A stretch of 64,000 bases of DNA. It comes from Squalus acanthias. Taxonomy: Eukaryota. Both the position numbers and the translations under genes were made by a program. Positions 37,036-49,067 of this stretch are shown here, piece by piece. The notes under the pieces were generated by a model, which saw only the letters and a list, made by a program, of their open reading frames with translations, had not been told where the DNA came from and did not search any database. The stretch's first letter is position 1. Every line of letters begins with the position of its first letter. Location of the stretch: positions 3,596,001-3,660,000 of the forward strand of contig CM059432.1 in NCBI GenBank assembly GCA_030390025.1, written 5' to 3'.

Positions 37036-38045
37036 CATAGAATCCTAGAATAGTACAGCACAGAAGGAGGTCATGCAACCCATCGAGTCTGTGCCGGCTC
37101 TTTCGAAGAGCAATCCAGTTAGTCCCACTCCCCCGCTCTTTCCCCATATCCCTGCAATTTTTTCTCCTTCAAGTATTTATCCAATTCCCTTTTGAAGGCT
37201 ACTATTGAATCTGTCTTCACCACCCTCTCAGGCGGCGCATTCCAAATCCCAACCACTCGTTGCGTAAAACAGTTTTTCCTCCTGTCGCCTCTGGTTCTTT
37301 TGCCGATCACCTTAAATCTGTGTCCTCTGGTTATCGACCCTTCAGCCATTGCAAAAGTTTCTCTTTATTTACTCTATCGGAACCCCTCATAATTTTAAAC
37401 GCCGCTATCAAATCTCCTCTTAGCCTTCGTGTCTTCAAGTGTCAGCTGTGGTTCAGTGGGTAGCACACTTGCCTCTGAGTCAGAATGTTGTGGGTTCATA
37501 GTCCCACTCCAGGGACTTGAGCACATAAAGCTAGGTTGGCACTCTAGTGCAGTGCTGAGGGAGTGCTGCACTGTTGGAGATGCCGTCTTTCGGATGAGAG
37601 TTAAATCGAGTCCCTGTCTGCTCTCTCAGGTGGACATGAAAGATCCCACGGCACTATTTCGAAGAAGAGCTGGGGAATTATCCCCGGTGTCCTGGGGCCA
37701 ATATTTATCCCTCAAACAACATAGCAAAAACATATTATCTGGTCTTTATCACATTGCTGTTTGTGGGAGCTTGCTGTGTGCAAATTGGCTGCTGCGTTTC
37801 CCACATTACAACGGTGACTACACTCCAAAAAGTACTCCATTGGCTGTAAAGCGCTTTGAGACGTCCGGTGGTTGTGAAAGGCGCTATATAAATGCAAGTC
37901 TTTCTTTTTCCAAGGAGAACCACCCCAGCTTCTCCAGTCCATCCACGTCACTGTAATCCCTCATCCCTGGAACCCTATTGCAGTAAAGCTCTTCTGTTCC
38001 CTCTCCCAAAGCCTTCACCTCCTTCCGAAAGTGAGGTGCAAAATG
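37036..38045. mobile_element. CR1 (-) with a full-length Deu SINE (+, about 37440-37908) inserted
   Basis: CR1 ORF 37119-37349; CR1 resumes at CAAGGAGAAC near 37911. Confidence 0.8.
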
Positions 38046-39836
38046 TATTTGCTGCCTTTCGGGCGAAGCCTCAGTGGGCAGTGTAGTGTCGCAAACTTCA
38101 GCTTGTGGAAGGAAGCATTTCATTAGCCAAGAATCCAGACACTGCAGCTGCTCCGGCTAACTCTCCAGCACATTATATATTCCTATTATATTCATAATCC
38201 TTTGAGAATTAGAATTTCTGTAGTCTACAGACAATCAATTATATTCCTTTCAGGAGTGATGTGCTGGAAGGCCATGATTTAAGCTGCAGTAGAGGCGAGA
38301 CGAGGTAGAACACAGCCTAGCGCTACCTTCGTGCTGTATTTGGCTATCTCGAATGACTAAACAATATCTTACGTTAATTATGACAGACACTTTAATCTGG
38401 CACACCTGTAAAACACCACATCAAATAATTTAACGTGCTGCCTTCTGCCATCTTTTCACTGTGGGCATGCTTTCTCTGATACAAAGTTTAAAGGAGGAAT
38501 CTTGCTATCAGGGCCAATTTCTAAAGAAAATTGGTCCGTGCCGGTGTTTCTGCTCCACACGAGCCTCCTCTCACCTCTCTTTATCTCACTCCATCAATAT
38601 ATCCTTCTATTCCTTTCTCCTCATGTGTTCATCCAACTTCCCCTTAAATGCATCTATACTATTCGCCTCAACCACTCCCTGTGGTAGCGAGTTCCACATT
38701 CTCACCACTCTCTGAGTAAAGAAGTTTCTCCTGAATTCCCTATTGGATTTATCAGTGACTGTCTTATAGATAGATAGAGTTATACAGCACAGAAAGTGAT
38801 ATTGATGGCCCTTAGTTCTGGTCTCACCAGCAAGTGGAAACATCTTTTCTACGTCTACCCTATCGAACACCTTCACAATCCTAAAGACCTCTAATAAGTC
38901 ACTCCTCAGTCTTCTCTTTTCTCGAGAAAGGAGCTCCCCATCCTATTAAATCTGGTCTGATAGTTATAACCTCTCAGTTCTGGTATCTTCCTTGTAAATC
39001 GTTTTTTTTGTTGTTGCAACTTCTCCTGTGCTTCTATATCCTTTTGGAATCTGGAGACCAGAGCTGTGCACAGTAGAAGCAGTTGTAGCAGAGGTGGGGG
39101 GCCACTAAAGGTCATTTCAAAATTCAACCCTGTGGGGCCAGGAGGAGCTGGAGCGCTCTCTGGGTCCCACAAAGAAAGTCTGGGCTGCTGTCGCCCTGGG
39201 AACTTGCGCACGACCCCTTCTGTACTCACGGAACACTCCCATCGACCCCCCCACCCCCACCCGCGACTCCAGGAGTCACCCTTGACCGTCAGTGGGAATC
39301 CGCTGAGCTGCCTCTGGGCGCCTGTTTCAGGCGGGTAGCTTGACCTAAATGAAGCCCGGCCATCATAGTACCCCGGAGCCTTTCTGTGGGTGTTCAGTCC
39401 ACGCACACCATAGTGTCTACAGCACAGAAACAGGCCATTCGGCCCAACTGGTCCGTGCCGGTGTTTCTGCTCCACACGAGCCTCCTCCCGCCCCTCTTCA
39501 TCTCACCCCATCAGCATATCCTTCTATTCCTTTCTCCCTCATGTGTTTATCCAGCTTCCCCTTTAAATGCATCTATACTATTCGCTTCAACCATTCCCTG
39601 TGGTAGCGAGTTCCACATTCTCACCACTCTCTGGGTAAAGAGGTTTCACTAGCTTTCCACTCAGCAATTAAAATTCCTCTCAAAGGCCACATGCAAACAT
39701 ACCACAAAAAGCTCAGCACCTTCCTGAAAGGAGGGCAGGAAAGAGAGGAGAAGACATTTACACAGAATTTACAGCACTTTCGGCCCAACTGATCCGTGCC
39801 GGTGTTTATGCTCCACACAAGCCTCCTTCCACCCTA

Positions 39837-40314
39837 AATAACAACAGAAAACGCTGGAAAAACTCAGCAGGCCAGGCAGCATCCGTGGAGAGAGAAACAG
39901 AGTTAACGTTTCAGGTCGAAGACCTTTCGTCAGAACTGGAAAAAGCAGGAAATGAAATAGATTTAAAGCAAGGATAATGCTGGGAAAAGGGGGAGGGGAT
40001 GAAAGAACAAAAGGAGAGATTAGGAGACCTTGAGAGACATTAAGAGATAATCAAGGCAAGAGGAGGTGTTGATGTGACAGGTTGAGGCTAGATGAAGTGT
40101 GAAATGCGCTGGCAGAATGAAGGACAGCTGCCAGCTTCTGGGAGGGAAAAAAAAGGGGGGGGGGGGCCAAACAAAAGAGTGGATGAAAAAATAAAATATA
40201 AATGTGATAGGGGCCGAGGTTATGATCTAAAATTGTTGAACTCGATGTTGAGTCCAGAGGGCTGTAGGGAGCCTAAACGAAAGATGAGGTGCTGTTCCTC
40301 GAGCTTACGCTGAG
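39837..40314 (-). mobile_element. PLE P1 3' fragment inserted in a CR1 3'UTR
   Basis: 14-bp TSD CTCCTTCCACCCTA (39823-39836, 40315-40328); GIY-YIG C-terminus (EEQHLIFRLGSLQPSGLNIEFNNFR) on minus strand. Confidence 0.88.
39901..39937 (-). ncRNA. Minimal hammerhead ribozyme motif (P1)
   Basis: Identical to 7307-7343, on the opposite strand. Confidence 0.75.
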
Positions 40315-41047
40315 CTCCTTCCACCCTACTTCATCTCACCCTATCAGCATATCCTATTCCTTTCTCCCTCATATGTTCATAGCCTCCCCTTAAATGCCTC
40401 TGTGCTATTCACCTCAACCACTCCCTGTGGTCGCGCGTTCCACTCTCTGGATAAAGAAGTTTCTCCTGAATTCACCATTGGATTTATCAGTGACTATCCC
40501 ATATCCATGGCCCCCAGTTTTGGACTCCCTCACAAGCGGAAACGTCTTCTCTACATCCACCTGGTCAAAGAGCAAAGCTTTATGCAAGAGAATCACAGAA
40601 TCATAGAATAGTCCAGCACCGAAGGAGGCCATTCGGCCCATCGAGTCTGCGCCGGGAGTGACTTTTAACCTTAATGTTTTATTGAGTCTTTCAGCAGAAT
40701 AACAAAGAACAGAATGACCGGATGAGCTAATACGTGGCATTGGGAGACGTGGAGGAGGGAAGTGGAATAATCCAGAAAGCAAAATAAATTATAAAGAAAC
40801 AGGCAGTAGGTCATAAAACAAAATATTTTAATTTAGATAATGTTTCTGTGTTATCCCAGGAGAGCTTCGAACCATTTCACACTGTGGAAGGTGTTAGAAC
40901 ACACAAACCTTCGGGGACAGCAGCAATAAATTGGAGAAAATGTTGGTGTTTATAACCTAGATACTTAAGCAAGACAGACGGTTAAAAATACCAGCAGATC
41001 TCCCATGGCATTGCTCGCCATGCGTAAGAGGATGCGTTGTTTTATAA

Positions 41048-41570
41048 TATTAGGACAGGTGACTCGAAGCTTGGTCAAAGAGGTAGGTTTTCAGGAGGGT
41101 CTTAAAGGAGGAGAGAGGGGTAGGGATGTGGAGAGGTTTAGGGAGGGAATACCAGAGTTTAGGGCCCAGGCAGCTGAAGGCATGGCCACCAATGGTGGAA
41201 ATTGGGGCTGTGCAAGAGGCCGGAATTGGAGGAGTGCAGATATCTCGGGGGGTTGTGGGGCTGGAGCAGGTTACAGAGATAGGGTGGGGGACGAGGCCAT
41301 GGAGGGATTTGAAAATAAGATTGATGATTTTAAAATCGAGGCGTTGCCGGACAGGGAGCCAATGTAGGTCAGCGAGCACAGGGGTGAATAGGACTTGGTG
41401 CGAGTTAGGGTGTGGGCAGCAGGTGGGAAGCTGGCCAGGAGAGCACTGGAATAGTCAAGCCTAGAGATAACCAAGGCATGGATGAGGGTTTCAGCAGCAG
41501 ATGAGCTGAGGCAGGGGCGGTGACTGGAGATATTACGGAGTTGGTCTTGGTGATGGAGAGGATTTGGAGT
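41048..41570 (-). mobile_element. L2 3' fragment
   Basis: LADLHWLPVRQRLDFKI; SRLDYS. Confidence 0.82.
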
Positions 41571-42274
41571 TGGAAGTAGTACAAAGGAACATCTGTTGTT
41601 GATTTAAATAACAGTAGATCCTGTGGAGTATACCTGGAGGAGTGTGTAATGATCAAGGCATTATGGCTTGACTGAGAGAAAAACATGCTTGTTAAATTTG
41701 TCTGAATTCTTTGAGAAGGTATTGAAGATTGTGGATGAAAGGCGCTTCAGGAACACTACTTGTCTAGTCTTCAGCAAAGCTTCACTAAAACAGACGATCT
41801 GGTCATTATCACATTGCTGTTTGTGGGAGCTTGCTGTGCGCCAATTGGCCGCCGCATTTCCTACATTACAACAGTGACTACACTTCAAAAAGTACTTCAT
41901 TGGCTGTAAAGCGCTTTGGGACGTCCTGAGGTTGTGAAAGGCGCTATATAAATGCAAGTCTGTCTTTCTTTTCAATTTGCTGCCTCATAGGACACAGGTG
42001 GATGCGTATTGGAGTGGCAGGAAATTACGAGGGAGGTGCCCCAAGGACCTTTGTACCAAGCTCGGACCTTTGCTATTCTCAGGGACCTCATCGTTTTGGA
42101 AGTGGGCATTGACAATACTGTCAAAATCTGCCTGAGACACCAAGGCGAGGAGAGGGGTTCCAAACAGTGAAAGGCAGGTTGATCAGGTGCGGAAGGATTA
42201 GGAATTCTAGCATGAGAAATGACAAGTGCAATTCTGTGTCGACAAGTGCAAAGCGAGGAATAAGCATTGGAAGT

Positions 42275-42677
42275 AAAAGAAAAACTTGCATTTCTCTAGC
42301 GCCTTTCACGACCTGAGGACGTCCCAAAGCGCTTTCCAGCCAATGAAGTACTTTTTGAAGTGTAGTCACTGTTGTAATGTAGGAAACGCAGCAGCCAATT
42401 TGCCCACAGCAAGCTCCCACAAACAGCAATGTGATAAATGACCAGATAATGATGTTGGTTGAGGGATAAATATTGGCCAGGAGACCTCCACTGCTCTTCT
42501 TCGAAATAGTGGCCGTGGGATCTTTTATATTTACCTGAGAGGGCATTCAGGGCCTCAGTTTAACATCTTATCTGAAAGACAGCACCTCTGACAGTGCAGC
42601 ACTCCCTCAGCACTGCACTGGAGTGTCAGCCTAGATTTGTCTTTGGAGTGGGACTATGAACCCACAACCTTCTGACC

Positions 42678-42708
<31 letters not shown>

Positions 42709-43181
42709 GCGAAGAGAAAGAAAGACTTGCATTTCTATAGCGCCTTTCACGACCACCGGATTTCTCAAAGCGCTTTACAGCCAATGAAGTACTTTTGGAG
42801 TGTAGTCACTGTTGTAATGTGGGAAACGCGGCAGCCAATTTGCACACAGCAAGCTCCCACAAACAGCAATGTGATAATGACCAGATAATCTGTTTTTATT
42901 ATGTGGATTGAGGGATAAATATTGGCCCAGGACACCGGGGAGAACTCCCCTGCTCTTCTTCGAAATAGTGGCCGTGGGATATTATATGTCCACTTGAGAG
43001 AGCAGACGGGGCCTGGGTTTAATGTCTCATCCAAAAGACGGCACCTACAACAGTGCAGCACTCCCTCAGTACTGCACTGGGAGTGTCAGCCTACCTTTAT
43101 GTGCTCAAGTCTCTGGAGTGGGACTTGAACCCACAACCTTCTGACTCAGAGGGATGTGTGCTGCCCACTGAGCCACAGCTG
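42275..43181 (-). mobile_element. Two tandem Deu-domain SINEs (about 42275-42710 and 42712-43181)
   Basis: Two head-to-tail family matches. Confidence 0.87.
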
Positions 43182-44219
43182 AGAGGGCTGGGCTCATTGG
43201 TGATCGGACACCTCCCGCCACTCAAAGTCAAAACTCCACATGATTATTGGTTACATGGGCAAAGTACTGGGCGGCACCTGCACTCATGGACCCCTGTACC
43301 TCGTTATATAATTGCAAGGTGCTGTCATTTCAAGACACGCAGGGTGGAAAAGTTGACGAGAGATGGAGGAGTCCAGAACAAAGAGTGATAGCCTTAAAAT
43401 TAGAGCCAGGCCGTTCAGGGGTGATGTCAGGAAGCACTTCACACAAAGGGTGGTGGAAATCTGGGACTCTCTCCCCCAAAAAGCTACTGAGGCTGGGGGG
43501 GGTCGATTGAAAATTTCAAAACTGAGATTGATAGATTTTTGTTGGGCGAGGAGTATTAAGGGATACGGAACCAAGGCGGGTAGATGGAGTTAAGATACAG
43601 ATCAGCCGTGATCTCATTGAATGGCGGAACAGGCTCGAGGGGCTGAATGGCCTCCTCCTGCTCCGATATTCCTCTGTTCCTTCCCATGTTCGTACATGGC
43701 AGTGAGCGGCGTAAAGAATTCACTTCAAAACTCACATCAGCGCAGATAACCTTTTGGCTGCCACAACATTAAATCTGTTCAGAACCTCACAAACACTTCT
43801 ATCACTCGCAAGAGAAGATTCCAAAACATCGCTAACCTGTAAGGAATCTATTAGGAATTGCATTTAGCTTTCAGGATATTGCTGTTCAGAGTTAATTATT
43901 GTCAACAAGAGGGTGAATGCTGCTGTTTACATCCGGAGCTGGAACTCTTCCTGGGGGTGGACAGCAGGATGTTTGGAACCTGTCTCCACTTGCATCGAAG
44001 GTTCTTTTATTTCATGCAAGTAAATTGTCGTTAGCTCCTCAGACTTTAAATATGTTTATTGAATTAACAGCTGTATAGAAAAAAAAAATGCATTCGGTAA
44101 CTACAAACTCTCCTGGGTGGAGACTGACTGGGACTGAATTCAATGTGTACGGACAAAGCTGGGCTTCCAGTGCCTTAACAAGCCCTACGTCTCTCTGAAA
44201 TCATGTGTAGATAATTAAG

Positions 44220-45323
44220 AATTTAAGAATATAGGAAATAGGAGTAGGCCCCTCGAGCCTGCTCCACCATTCGATAAGATCATGGCTGATCATCTACCTC
44301 AGCTCTATTTTCCTGCACTATCCCCAAATCCATCGATTCCCTGAGGATCCCTTGAATCTATCGATCTCACCCTTGAATATACTCAACGACTGAGCATCCA
44401 CAGCTCTCTGGGGTAGAGAATTCTAAAGATTCACCACCCTCTGAGTGAAGAAATTCATACAAACATACGAATTAGGAGCAGGAGTAGGCCACTTGGCCCT
44501 TTGAGCCTGCTCCGCCATTCAATAAGATCATGGCTGATCTGATTACTCCACATTCCCGCCTACCCCCGATAACCTTTCACCCCCTTGCTTATCAAGAATC
44601 TATCTACCTCTGCCTTAAAAATATTCAAAGACTCTGCTTCCACCGCCCTCTGAGGAAGAGAGTTCCAAAGACTCACGACCCTCTGTGAGAAAAAATTCCT
44701 CCTCATCTCAGTCCTAAATGGCCGACCCCTTATCCTGAGACTGTGCCCCCTAGTTCTAGATACTCCAGCCAGGGGAAACAACCTCTCAGCATCTACCCTG
44801 TCAATCCCCCTCAGAATCTTATAAGTTTCAATGAGATCACCTCTCATTCTTCTAAACTCCAGGGAATATAGGCCCATTCTACACTATCTCTCCTCATAGT
44901 TGGAAGTGATTCTGCTTATTTAGAAGAATGAGAGGTGATCTTATTGAAACATATAAGATTCTGAGGGGGCTCGACAGGTTAGATGCTGAGAGGATGGTTC
45001 CCCTCATGGGGGAATCTAGAACTAGGGGCATAGTTTCAGGATAAGGGGTTGCCCATTTAAAATGGAGATGAGGAGGAATTTCTTCTCTCGGAGGGTCGTG
45101 AATCTTTGGAATTCTCTACCCCAGAGGGCTGTGGAGGCGGAGTCATTGAATATATTCAAGGTGGAGATAGACAGATTTTTGAACTATAAGGGAGTCAAGG
45201 GATATGGGGTGCGGGCAGCAAAGTGGAGCTGAGGTAGAAGATCAGCCATGATCTTATTGAATGGTGGAGCAGGCTCGAAGGGCCGAATGGCCTACTCCTG
45301 CTCCTATTTCTTATGTTCTTATG
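44220..45323. mobile_element. Cluster of CR1 3' fragments (minus about 44220-44898, plus about 44919-45323)
   Basis: ORF 44560-44877; repeat tails at both outer ends. Confidence 0.82.
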
Positions 45324-46776
45324 TGCAGGAAGTGTTTTTTTTATGTAGCCCATTTCAAAATTGATAAGGAGTGATACAGCAGCTATTGAAACAGCAGCTA
45401 TAGCAGCAGAAGGGGATAACAGAGTATGGGAACAGGAGGAGGCCATTCAGCCCTTCGAGCCTGTTCCGCCATTCAATGAGATCATGGCTGATCTGCGACC
45501 TAACTCCATCTACACGCCTTGGTTCCGTAACCCTTAATACCCATGCCACCAGCGTCTCGATTGTAAAATTTTCATCTTTATGTTCAAATCCCTCCATTGC
45601 CTCACCCCTCCCTATCTCTGTAACCTCCTCCACAACCCTCCGAAATCTCAGCGCTCCTCCAATTCTGGCCTCTTGCTCATCCCCGATTTTCATCACTCCA
45701 TCATTGCCAGCCATGTTTACAGTTGACTAGGCCCTAAGCTCTGGAATTCCCTCCCTAAACCTCTCCGCCTATCCACCATCAACAGGGCACAAATCGAGGT
45801 TTAATGGAATACTCTCCACTTGCCTGGATGAGTGCAGCTCCAACAACACTTAAGAAGCTCAACACCATCCAGGACAAAGCAGCCCGCTTGATCGGCACCC
45901 CATCCACCACCTTAAACATTCGCTCCCGCCACCACCGGCGTACCGTGGTTGCAGTGGGCACTATCTAAAGATGCAACAACTTGCCAAGGCTTAAGAACAT
46001 CAGAACATAAGAAATAAGAGCAGGAGTAGGCCATACGGCCCCTCGAGCCTGCTCCGCCATTCAATAAGATCATGGCTGATCATCGAACTCAACTCCACTT
46101 TCCTGCCCGATCCCCATATCCCTTGATTCCCCTAGAGTCTAATAATCTATCTATCTCAGCCTTGAATATACTCAAAGACTCAGCATGCACAGCCCTCTGG
46201 GGAAGAGAATTCCAAAGATTCACTACCCTCTGAGTGAAGAAATTCCTCCTCACCTCAGCTTCTTCGACAGCATCTCCCAAACCCGCGACCTCTTCCACCT
46301 AGAAGGACAAGGGCAGCAGGCGCATGGGAACACCACCACCTCCAGGTTCCCCTTCAAGTCAGATGCCATCCTGACTTGGACATATATGGGCCGTTCCTTC
46401 ATCGTCGCTGGGTCAAAATCCTAGAACTCCCTCCCTAACAGCACTGTGGGAGCACCTTCACCACACGGACTGCAGCGGTTCAAGGAGGCGGCTCACCACC
46501 ACCTACTCAAGGGCAATTAGGGATGGGCAATAAATGCCGGCCTTGCCAGCGACGCCCACATCCCAGGAACAAATAAAAAAAACCTCTCCCACCTCCTTTA
46601 AGACGATCCTTAAAACCTACCTCTTCAACCAAGCTTTTGTTTACCTATTCTAATATTTTCTGACGTGGCTCGTTGTCAAACTTTGTCTGATAATCGCTCC
46701 CGTGCAGCGCCTTGGGACATTTTACTATGTTAAAGGCGCTGTATAAATACAAGTTTTCCTGCTTTTACGCTGAACG

Positions 46777-47110
46777 TGTTTTTTTATGTTGATTGATAAG
46801 GAGTGATACCGCAGCTATTGAAAGGGTGGGTGTAGCAGCAGAAGCAGATCAGGTTCAAACAATGTCGATACAACTTGAGTATGATAAGGGTGGCAAACTT
46901 TTAATTAGGAGATGCTACAGACAGCAGCAGAAAGCGATCAGGGACACAGGGAGCTGTCTGGACAGATAAGGAGGGCTATGGAAAATTGTAAGGCGCCAAT
47001 CATGGGGGGATCTCAACATGGTGGAGGTTGAATGGATTGATCGAGGAGAAGCAGAAGGGAGGAGTGAAAATAGAAACAAATTCACTGAGGCGGTCAGGCA
47101 CTATTTCCCC
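46777..47110 (+). mobile_element. Highly decayed CR1-type endonuclease region
   Basis: Remnants resembling CYR.., IMG.DLN...W across frameshifts. Confidence 0.4.
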
Positions 47111-47386
47111 ACATGATTTGTTCTTCACAACCCAGTGGAGCTGATTATTCACTTGATTTTTTTTCAACGGGAAAGATCTCAGGACGCCCCAAAGCGCTTT
47201 ACAGCCAATGAAGTGCTTTCTGAAGTGTAGTCGCTGTTGTAATGTAGGAAACGCGGCAGCCAGTATATGCACAGCAAGCTCCCACAAACAGCAATGAGAC
47301 AATAACCAGGTCATCTGTGTTTTTAGTGATGTTGATTGAGGGATAAATATTGGCCCAGGTTCTTCAAATAGAGCCATGGGATATGA

Positions 47387-48132
47387 TTGGGAGAAGGGGA
47401 AGTGCAACGAGACCTGGGTGTCCTTGTGCACCAGTCGCTCAAGGTAAGCATGCAGGTACAGCAGACGGTTAAGAAGGCAAATGGTATGTTGGCCTTCGTA
47501 GCGAGAGGGTTTGAGTACAGGAACAAGGATGTCTTGCTGCAGTTGTACAGGGCCTTGGTGAGACCACACCTTGAGTATTGTGTACAGTTTTGGTCGCCTT
47601 ATCTGAGGAAGGAGGTTCTTGCCATGGAAGGAGTTCAGCGAAGATTCACAAGGCTGATACCTGGGATGGCAGGAATGACATATGAGGAGAGATTGGGTCG
47701 ATTGGGCTTATACTTGCTGGAGTTTAGAAGAATGAGAGGGGATCTCATTGAAACTTATAAAATTCTAACAGGACTAGACAGACTAGATGCAGGAAGGATG
47801 TTCCCGATGGTCGGGGAGTCCAGAACCAGGGGTCACAGTCTAAGGATAAGGGGTAAGCCATTTAAGACAGAAATGAGGAGGAATTTCTTCACCCAGAGAG
47901 TGGTGAACCTGTGGAATTCTCTACCACAGAAGGCAGTTGAGGCCAATTCATTAAATATATTCAAGAAGGAGATAGATATATTTCTTAAGGCTAAAGGGAT
48001 CAAGGGATATGGGGAGAAGACAGGTACAGGGTACTGAATTTGGATGATCAGCCATGATCGCATCGAATGGTGGAGCAGGCTCGAGGGGCCGAATAGCCTA
48101 CTCCTGCTCCTATCTTCTATGTTTCTATGTTT
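47387..48132 (+). mobile_element. CR1 3' part inserted in a minus-strand Deu SINE
   Basis: Open 216-aa ORF2 C-terminus, same subfamily as 20134-22580. Confidence 0.92.
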
Positions 48133-48594
48133 TTATGGATCTTTGACGTCCACCTGAGAGGGCAGACCGGGCCTTGGCAATTTTAACATCTCATCCAAAA
48201 GACGGCACTTCTGACGCTGTAGCACTCCCTCAGCTCTGCCCTGGGAGTGTCAGCCTGGATTCTGTGCTCACGTCTCTGGAGTGGGACGTGACGCTGCAAT
48301 CTTAGGACTCAGAGCCAAAAGTGCTACCCACAGAGCAATGGCTGCCTTGGGAGATTATGGGGAAGGGACTTATTTCTCATTAAATTGGGGATCAACTTGC
48401 AGGGTCGGTAAAGTTGGGGAGGGCGGTGTGGTGTCGTTGATTGAATAATCGGACATGGGCATTGATGGATGGGAGGTAACCAGTGTTTCCTGCAAGCACT
48501 TGATTACACACAAACGGACCTGCATCTTCCCCAGGTTCCCAATGATGCAAGTCAGCAGTAGGATGGACCTCTTGTATCACTGTAACGTTACAAG

Positions 48595-49067
48595 ATCAAC
48601 TTGCATTCATAGAGCGCCTTTAACGGAGTAAAATGTCCCAATGCACTTCACAAACAAAATTTGAGACAGAGCAAAAAAAAGAAGAGATTAGGACAGGTGA
48701 CCAAAAGCTTGGTCAAAGAGGTCGGTTTTAAGGAGCGTCTTAAAGGAGGAAAGAGAGGTAGCGAGGCGGAGAGGTTTAGGGAGGGAATTCCAGAGCTCAG
48801 GGCCCAGGCAACAGAAGGCACAACCACCAATGGTGGAGCGATTATAATCGGGGATGCGCAAGAGACCAGAATTGGAGGAGCGCAGAGATCTCGGAGGGTT
48901 GTAGGGCTGGAGGAGATTACAGAGATAGGGAGGGGGGCGAGTCCATGGTGGGATTTGAAAACAAGGGTGAGAGTTTTAAAATCGATGTGTTGCCGGACCG
49001 GGAGCCAATTGTAGGTCAGCGAGCACAGGGGTGATGGGCGAACGAGACTTGGTGCGAGTTAGGATAC
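48595..49067 (-). mobile_element. L2 3' fragment
   Basis: Family match. Confidence 0.8.

Noticed and set aside
44458..45323. Twin-primed single CR1 insertion
   Set aside because: Both halves cover the same 3' region, each has its own tail and their 3'UTRs differ, so two independent copies are more likely.
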